NCBI GenBank assembly: GCA_039683575.1
Contig: JBDKRC010000117.1
Location: 1 to 21,573, forward strand
Source of the DNA: Armatimonadia bacterium
GTDB lineage: Bacteria > Armatimonadota > Zipacnadia > Zipacnadales > UBA11051
Reading direction: 5' to 3'
Length of the DNA stretch: 21,573 bases
The translations under genes and the position numbers were made by a program. The notes beneath the pieces are model-generated. The model did not search any database. It was not told the DNA's origin and worked only from the letters and a program-made list of their open reading frames with translations. Shown here one piece after another: positions 17,197-21,573 of the stretch. Position 1 is the stretch's first letter; each line of letters begins with the position of its first letter.

Positions 17197-18384
17197 ATGC
17201 CAACTCCGGACGAACCCAAACTCCACGACAGCGCGAAGTTGGAAGCTTGTCAAGAGCATTCATCTCCCCTTGTGGTGGACGCACGTAGGGTGTTGCCCGC
17301 ACCGGAGGACCGGGTGGTTCCAGGCGGTTCCGCCGTTGCTCCTGACCGCGCCCGTCGGGGCGCGACCGAAAAGAGCGGCATCGGCCTGAGTGAAGCTGTC
17401 GAACTTCTTGAAAATCACGCGGCCAATGGTCGGCGCCTCTCCCCCCTTACGGTCTCAGCCTATCGGGGCGATTTGCTCGCCTTCGCCGCCTGGCGGGAAC
17501 GAGAAGAGCTGTCCCTACAGGTTGAAAAGGTTCTGCCCGCGGAGATTGAGAGCTACCTCGCCGACTGCCCCGAGGCCAGCCCCGCTACTCTTCGGCGGCG
17601 CCTCGATGCCCTCTCCAGTCTCTACAAGTTCCTGCTCAAGCGCGGCCTGGCGGACAACAATCCGGTCGTGCAAGTTGACCGTCCCCGGTTGCCGGACAAC
17701 CGCCGCGCCTACCTCACTGAAGAGCAGATGGGCCAATTGGCCGCAGTCGTTGAAGACACTCCCAAACGGGCCATGCTGCTCCTGCTATGTCTGCTCGGGC
17801 TTCGTCGCTCCGAGATCGTGAACCTCAACTGCGGGGACATCGACCTCACCGCCCTGCGCCTGGAGATCATCCAGTCCAAGGGCGGACACTCCCGCACGCT
17901 ACCCATCCCCGCCGACCTGGAGCCGGTACTCCGGCATCAGTTGGCGGACAGGGACGGCGCGCCCGGCGAGCCACTCTTCCTCTCCCACACCAAGAGCCGC
18001 CTCTCGCGCTCGGTGCTGGCCCGCGCCTTCAGCAAGTGGCTCGCACTCGCCGGGCTTGAGGGGCTTGGTCTCTCCCCACACTCATGCCGCCACGGCGCGG
18101 CTTCGAGGTGGCTCAAGGCCGGCCTCACCATCACCGAAGTCCAGGCCTTGTTGGGCCATCGCGATTCATCTACGACCGGAAAATACTGCCACGCCTCGCT
18201 TGATGAAATCTCCGCCGCGATGTCGGACAAGCTGCGGCCCCTGGGCCAGCAGGCGCCGGCAGCCAACGCCGCAGTGGATGGCGAGTGGGGTGAGGTGCTG
18301 GCGGAGCTCACACCAGAGCAAGATGCCGCCCTACTCTCCCTCGCCCGTTCGATGCTGGCCCCGGCGCACGCCAGAGCGCCGTAG
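17197..18384 (+). CDS. Tyrosine recombinase/integrase (XerC/D-like fold) with N- and C-terminal extensions
   Basis: SAM-like N-terminal region (LSPLTVSAYRGDL, SPATLRRRLDALSSLYKFL, NP) and full catalytic set: GLRRSE (R), SKGG (K), HSCRH (H-x-x-R), LLGH, TTGKY (Y). Start uncertain (17134, 17197 or later). Confidence 0.9.
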   Translation: MPTPDEPKLHDSAKLEACQEHSSPLVVDARRVLPAPEDRVVPGGSAVAPDRARRGATEKSGIGLSEAVELLENHAANGRRLSPLTVSAYRGDLLAFAAWREREELSLQVEKVLPAEIESYLADCPEASPATLRRRLDALSSLYKFLLKRGLADNNPVVQVDRPRLPDNRRAYLTEEQMGQLAAVVEDTPKRAMLLLLCLLGLRRSEIVNLNCGDIDLTALRLEIIQSKGGHSRTLPIPADLEPVLRHQLADRDGAPGEPLFLSHTKSRLSRSVLARAFSKWLALAGLEGLGLSPHSCRHGAASRWLKAGLTITEVQALLGHRDSSTTGKYCHASLDEISAAMSDKLRPLGQQAPAANAAVDGEWGEVLAELTPEQDAALLSLARSMLAPAHARAP

Positions 18385-18417
18385 AAACCTACTCTCTTCA
18401 GCCGCTGCAATGATGAT

Positions 18418-18431
18418 AGAACAAACGTTTG
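18418..18431 (+). promoter_or_regulatory. Putative LexA/SOS box of the GAAC-N4-GTTY type
   Basis: AGAAC-AAAC-GTTTG lies between a possible -10 region (CAATGATGAT) and the RBS GAGAGGAG of the 69-aa ORF. Confidence 0.55.
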
Positions 18432-18443
18432 AGAGGAGTCAAG

Positions 18444-18653
18444 ATGATGAACAAGCAGCCCAATAACCGGCTGAGTCTGCACTCGGAACAGGGCGGAACA
18501 AATGAGTCACCAGGCTCAGCGTCGACGCTGGAGGGCTTCGCTGGGCTTCTCGCCCAGACCGCCGCGCAGCACGGCCTCAGTGACGCACCAGTGGAAGCGC
18601 AAGAGAGCGATATTCAGCCTGCAGACGACGGTTGCGAAAGCCATACGGCGTGA
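18444..18653 (+). CDS. Small acidic hypothetical protein (69 aa)
   Basis: Strong RBS AGAGGAG before ATGATG at 18444; sits between the two recombinase genes. Confidence 0.5.
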   Translation: MMNKQPNNRLSLHSEQGGTNESPGSASTLEGFAGLLAQTAAQHGLSDAPVEAQESDIQPADDGCESHTA

Positions 18654-18679
18654 GGCGGCTCAATGCAGTCAGCGCAGCC

Positions 18680-18738
18680 AACCCATACAACTCGCTCAGG
18701 AGCCCCCCAAAGCCCTACACGGCTATGTTGTATTGGTT
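18680..18738. repeat. Imperfect inverted repeat, 12-bp arms with a 35-nt spacer
   Basis: AACCCATACAAC (18680-18691) and GTTGTATTGGTT (18727-18738) are complementary at 11 of 12 positions. Confidence 0.6.
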
Positions 18739-18765
18739 TAGCATGCAATGAAAGTATATCAATGC

Positions 18766-18814
18766 TTGACGAAACAGTTGCACTAAAATACAATGCAACT
18801 CAGGGAACAGGAGG
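18766..18814 (+). promoter_or_regulatory. Near-consensus sigma70 promoter of the serine recombinase, with an overlapping palindrome and RBS
   Basis: TTGACG (18766-18771), 17 nt, TACAAT (18789-18794). Palindrome AGTTGCA-N11-TGCAACT at 18776-18800. RBS AGGAGG at 18809-18814. Confidence 0.8.
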
Positions 18815-18820
18815 CAGAAG

Positions 18821-20905
18821 GTGACTACGAATGCAGCGGTCGAGCAGAGGCCCATCCGCAACGTCGGCCTCTACATCAGATACTCCACCGAAGAGCAGAA
18901 GGCCAAGTCCTTCTCGGAGGAGATGCAGACTGAACAGTGCCTGCAACGCTTCGAGGCGGTCTACGGTAAGATCCCCCACAACCTGCGGGTGTTCAAGGAC
19001 CTCGGCAAGTCTGGCGCCATTGGCCTGGACAACCCGGCCTTCGGGGGCAAGGAACACCGTGAAGGCCTCGAGGCTCTCCTCAACGCGATGGCCGACGGCG
19101 AGTTGGACCTGGTACTGTGCTATAGTCAGGACAGGTTAGCCCGCGACGAGTTCCTCTGGCACTACATGAACGCCACGATCTTCCAGAAGCATCGCATCCC
19201 GATCCTCTTCGCCCGGGAGGGGCATGATCTTCTCACTGAGGAGGGGCAGATGATCGGCACCCTCCACGCTCTCGCCGCGTCTCTGGAGCGGCGCAAGGCC
19301 AGCCGCAACGTCGTGGCCTCGTGTCAGCGCCGGGCGTCGGAGGGTTACCTCACCTTGCCGCCCTACGGGTGGGAATTCGACCCGACCCAGGTACCCGGCC
19401 CCCGTGTGCGTCGGCGCATCGTGTGCAACGAGGCCGAGGGCGCCATCCTGCTCGAGAGCTTCAGCCGGTACACGTCCGGATGGCCGACGGCCGAGATGGT
19501 GCGCGACCTCAACGGCCGGCGCATCCTGTCGCCCAGCGGCGGTCACAACTGGACGACCGACGGGTTGCTCAAGGTACTGGCTAACCCGGTGCATGCGGGC
19601 CTCGTCAGGCACAAGAACCGGCTCTATCCTGGCCAGCATGCCCCGCTGCGATACTGGTCGCCCGAGCAGCGGGACCTGCTCCTACTGCGCATCGAGGAGC
19701 GGCGCGACCACCCCCTCAAGATCAAGGCGGTCGAGGACTACCTGCTGGCCGGCATTCTCTTCTGCAAGCACTGTGGCCGGCGCCTGGTTGCCAACCGCAG
19801 CTGGCGCCGCAATGTGCAGCAGTACAGCTGTCATTCGCCACAGACCGAGGGCCAGCATCGGCGCCGCGGGAAGGACGGGAAGCTCGGGGACGTCCGGTCG
19901 TGCCCGGGCATTTCGCGCCGCGCCGATGAGTTGGAGGCGGCAATCATCCAGGCCGTGCGCGACCTCGCCAACTCCCCGGCGGTGCAGAAGATGGCCCAGG
20001 ACCGCCTGCAAGCGGCAATGGACGAAAAGGATACCCGCCTACAGGATGAGCTGGCCGGGGTGACCAAGGAGGTCGCCCGCGTCCAGCAGGGGTTCACCCG
20101 GCTCTTCGCCATGCTGGACGAAGACAAGATCCAGCCCGACGAGTTCGAGGCCGAGAACGACCGCCGCCGAGCCGAGCAGGAGGCGCTGGAGAATCGGCGG
20201 GCCCGCCTGGAGGCCGAGATCGCCCAACGCCGCAGCCGGCTGGCGGAGTTGACGGCCGCGCTGGAGCTACTGCGCGACTTCGACCGCCTATGGGACAAGA
20301 TGACGATGGGAGAGCGCAAGGAACTCCTGCGCCGCATCGACCCGCACATGACCATCCGGCGCGAGGACGATCTTCACATCGTCACGATCCGCCCCGGCTG
20401 GACCGAGCCCATCGAGATCACGTTCGTGTGTCGGCCGAGGACGAAGTCCTGGACCCCCGGCCCGGACGCACCGTTGACCAGGGCGCAGATCTCCCTGCTG
20501 TGGTGCTGGCGTGAAGGCATGGCCCTCGACGAGATCGCGCAGGCGCGGCACATCGCTTTGACGACGGTCTGGTGGATGCGGGACCAAATCTACAAGCGGC
20601 TGTTGGTCAAAGACCTCGACGAGGCGGTCGAGTTGGTGAAGGGTCGACTGGATCGGTGCCGCAAGACGGTCAAGACGGAGGGCCGGTTCAACAGACGGCC
20701 CGCGCAGAACCCCACCGTGCTGTCCGAGCCGTTGATGGCGGTCCTGCGCCTCATGGCCGAGGACAATAGCGGCAACGAGATCGCCGCGGCCCTCAAGAAG
20801 GACAAGAGCACCGTGAGCCGGCAAATGACGGCCATCTGTAACCGGCTGGCGGTCCACAGTCGCGACGAGGCCGTGGCGCGGGCCCGTGAACTCGGGCTGA
20901 TCTGA
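18821..20905 (+). CDS. Large serine recombinase (resolvase, recombinase, Zn-ribbon and coiled-coil domains) fused to two C-terminal LuxR/NarL-type HTH domains
   Basis: YIRYST (catalytic Ser22), DLGKSG, YSQDRLAR, PPYGW, LANPVHAG, YLLAGILFCKHCG..YSC..SC, then a coiled coil. C-terminal LTRAQ..L...REG...DEIA...IALTTV...IYKRL and LSEPL..VLRLMAE..SGNEIAAAL..STVSRQ...ICNRLAVHSRDEAVARARELGLI. Confidence 0.9.
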   Translation: MTTNAAVEQRPIRNVGLYIRYSTEEQKAKSFSEEMQTEQCLQRFEAVYGKIPHNLRVFKDLGKSGAIGLDNPAFGGKEHREGLEALLNAMADGELDLVLCYSQDRLARDEFLWHYMNATIFQKHRIPILFAREGHDLLTEEGQMIGTLHALAASLERRKASRNVVASCQRRASEGYLTLPPYGWEFDPTQVPGPRVRRRIVCNEAEGAILLESFSRYTSGWPTAEMVRDLNGRRILSPSGGHNWTTDGLLKVLANPVHAGLVRHKNRLYPGQHAPLRYWSPEQRDLLLLRIEERRDHPLKIKAVEDYLLAGILFCKHCGRRLVANRSWRRNVQQYSCHSPQTEGQHRRRGKDGKLGDVRSCPGISRRADELEAAIIQAVRDLANSPAVQKMAQDRLQAAMDEKDTRLQDELAGVTKEVARVQQGFTRLFAMLDEDKIQPDEFEAENDRRRAEQEALENRRARLEAEIAQRRSRLAELTAALELLRDFDRLWDKMTMGERKELLRRIDPHMTIRREDDLHIVTIRPGWTEPIEITFVCRPRTKSWTPGPDAPLTRAQISLLWCWREGMALDEIAQARHIALTTVWWMRDQIYKRLLVKDLDEAVELVKGRLDRCRKTVKTEGRFNRRPAQNPTVLSEPLMAVLRLMAEDNSGNEIAAALKKDKSTVSRQMTAICNRLAVHSRDEAVARARELGLI

Positions 20906-20927
20906 ACCCGTTGTACCATCGCCATAC

Positions 20928-20966
20928 CCGGCGGCCTGGGCCTGAAGTCCGGGCCGCCGGTGCTTT
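20928..20966. terminator. GC-rich hairpin between convergent genes; probable (possibly bidirectional) intrinsic terminator
   Basis: CCGGCGGCCTGGGC-CTGAA-GTCCGGGCCGCCGG (14-bp stem with two G-U pairs), followed by TGCTTT. Confidence 0.75.
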
Positions 20967-20968
20967 CG

Positions 20969-21573
20969 TCAGAAGAGTGTCAGCGCCGGTTGCTGCCGTT
21001 GGGGCGGAGCGGCTGTGGCCCGCGACCGCCGCACTTGCTCGCCCGGCAACCTACTGCTCGGGATGTCGGGCGGCCAGTATGGCAACAGGCTGTCCTTGAT
21101 GAGGTATTCGACGCCCGGCTTGCTGTTGAGGGCGGGGATGAGCCTGTCCACGAAGGCCTGCCAGTCAATCTGCTCCACCCGCGCCCGAAGCTCGGGCTCG
21201 AGCAGATGCAGGTGATTGAGTTTGCCGATCTTCCACGCGTCCACATGCGGCGCCGCGTGCTCAATCAGTTGGAGGGCCTGGTCGGGATCGATCACCGGCT
21301 CCAACGACAGCCATGTCCTGACCCCCGCGTCATGCGCGATCGTCAGCGCCTGCAGACGGTCCTCGATGGGTGACGCCCCCGGCTCCCATAGCTGACGGTC
21401 CGCGTCATCCATGAAGATGATGGTTTGCCCCAGCCACCCGCCTCCTGCGACGAAGAGGGGAACATCATCCTGCATCGCCTGCAAGCCGTTCTTCGTGCAG
21501 ACCTGCCAGGGCAGATTGTGTTCGTTGAGAAGCTGCAGGGCCTGCCGCGTCAGACGATGTTCACGCTCTGCCG
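20969..21573 (-). CDS. Radical SAM protein, spore-photoproduct-lyase-like (SplB/Rv2578c-related), C-terminal part; 5' end outside the window
   Basis: The frame is open to the right edge: AEREHRLTRQALQLL...QVCTK...WEPGASPIEDRLQAL..AHDAGVRTWLSLEPVI...KIGKLN. The CxxxCxxC motif is not visible because of the truncation. Confidence 0.75.
   Translation of the reverse strand, partial: AEREHRLTRQALQLLNEHNLPWQVCTKNGLQAMQDDVPLFVAGGGWLGQTIIFMDDADRQLWEPGASPIEDRLQALTIAHDAGVRTWLSLEPVIDPDQALQLIEHAAPHVDAWKIGKLNHLHLLEPELRARVEQIDWQAFVDRLIPALNSKPGVEYLIKDSLLPYWPPDIPSSRLPGEQVRRSRATAAPPQRQQPALTLF

Noticed and set aside
17117-17302. N-terminal 62 aa of the 478-aa ORF call
   Set aside because: It would overlap the divergent recombinase head-to-head; a GGAGG-led GTG at 17116 is more plausible.
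17197-18384. Assigning xerC or xerD
   Set aside because: The fold is Xer-like, but the extensions and mobile context argue against the chromosomal dif resolvase; no symbol given.
17134-18740. Integron (IntI plus attC)
   Set aside because: The recombinase lacks the IntI-specific insertion before the H-x-x-R motif, the inverted repeat does not fit attC consensus boxes, and there is no cassette array.
1-21573. tRNA/rRNA genes or a tRNA-derived att site
   Set aside because: No cloverleaf or T-loop signature and no rRNA-like sequence seen by eye; tRNAscan-SE or ARAGORN would be decisive.

Overview
GC-rich bacterial accessory region that looks like a mobile or defence island, with four modules. 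(1) Minus strand, left edge: an RHS/YD-repeat protein truncated by the window. It is preceded by a 113-aa Gly/Cys/Pro-rich ORF and a structured ~210-nt leader with its own sigma70-like promoter. (2) Minus strand: an operon of seven glycosyltransferases (five GT4, two GT2) with no flippase, polymerase, priming transferase or nucleotide-sugar enzyme in the window. (3) Plus strand: a complete Shango-type anti-phage triad (TerB-domain protein, P-loop ATPase, Lhr-like DEAD/DEAH helicase), followed by a lone degenerate type I-C-like CRISPR repeat. (4) A recombination module: an unknown ~416-aa protein divergent from an intact tyrosine recombinase, a small acidic ORF behind a LexA-like box, and a large serine recombinase fused to two C-terminal LuxR-type HTH domains. 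A terminator and the 3' part of an SPL-like radical SAM gene end the window. The best candidates for new biology are the serine recombinase-2xLuxR fusion with its palindromic operator, and the orphan glycosyltransferase array next to the Cys/Gly-rich peptide and RHS gene. All calls are from motif reading by eye; no database searches were run.
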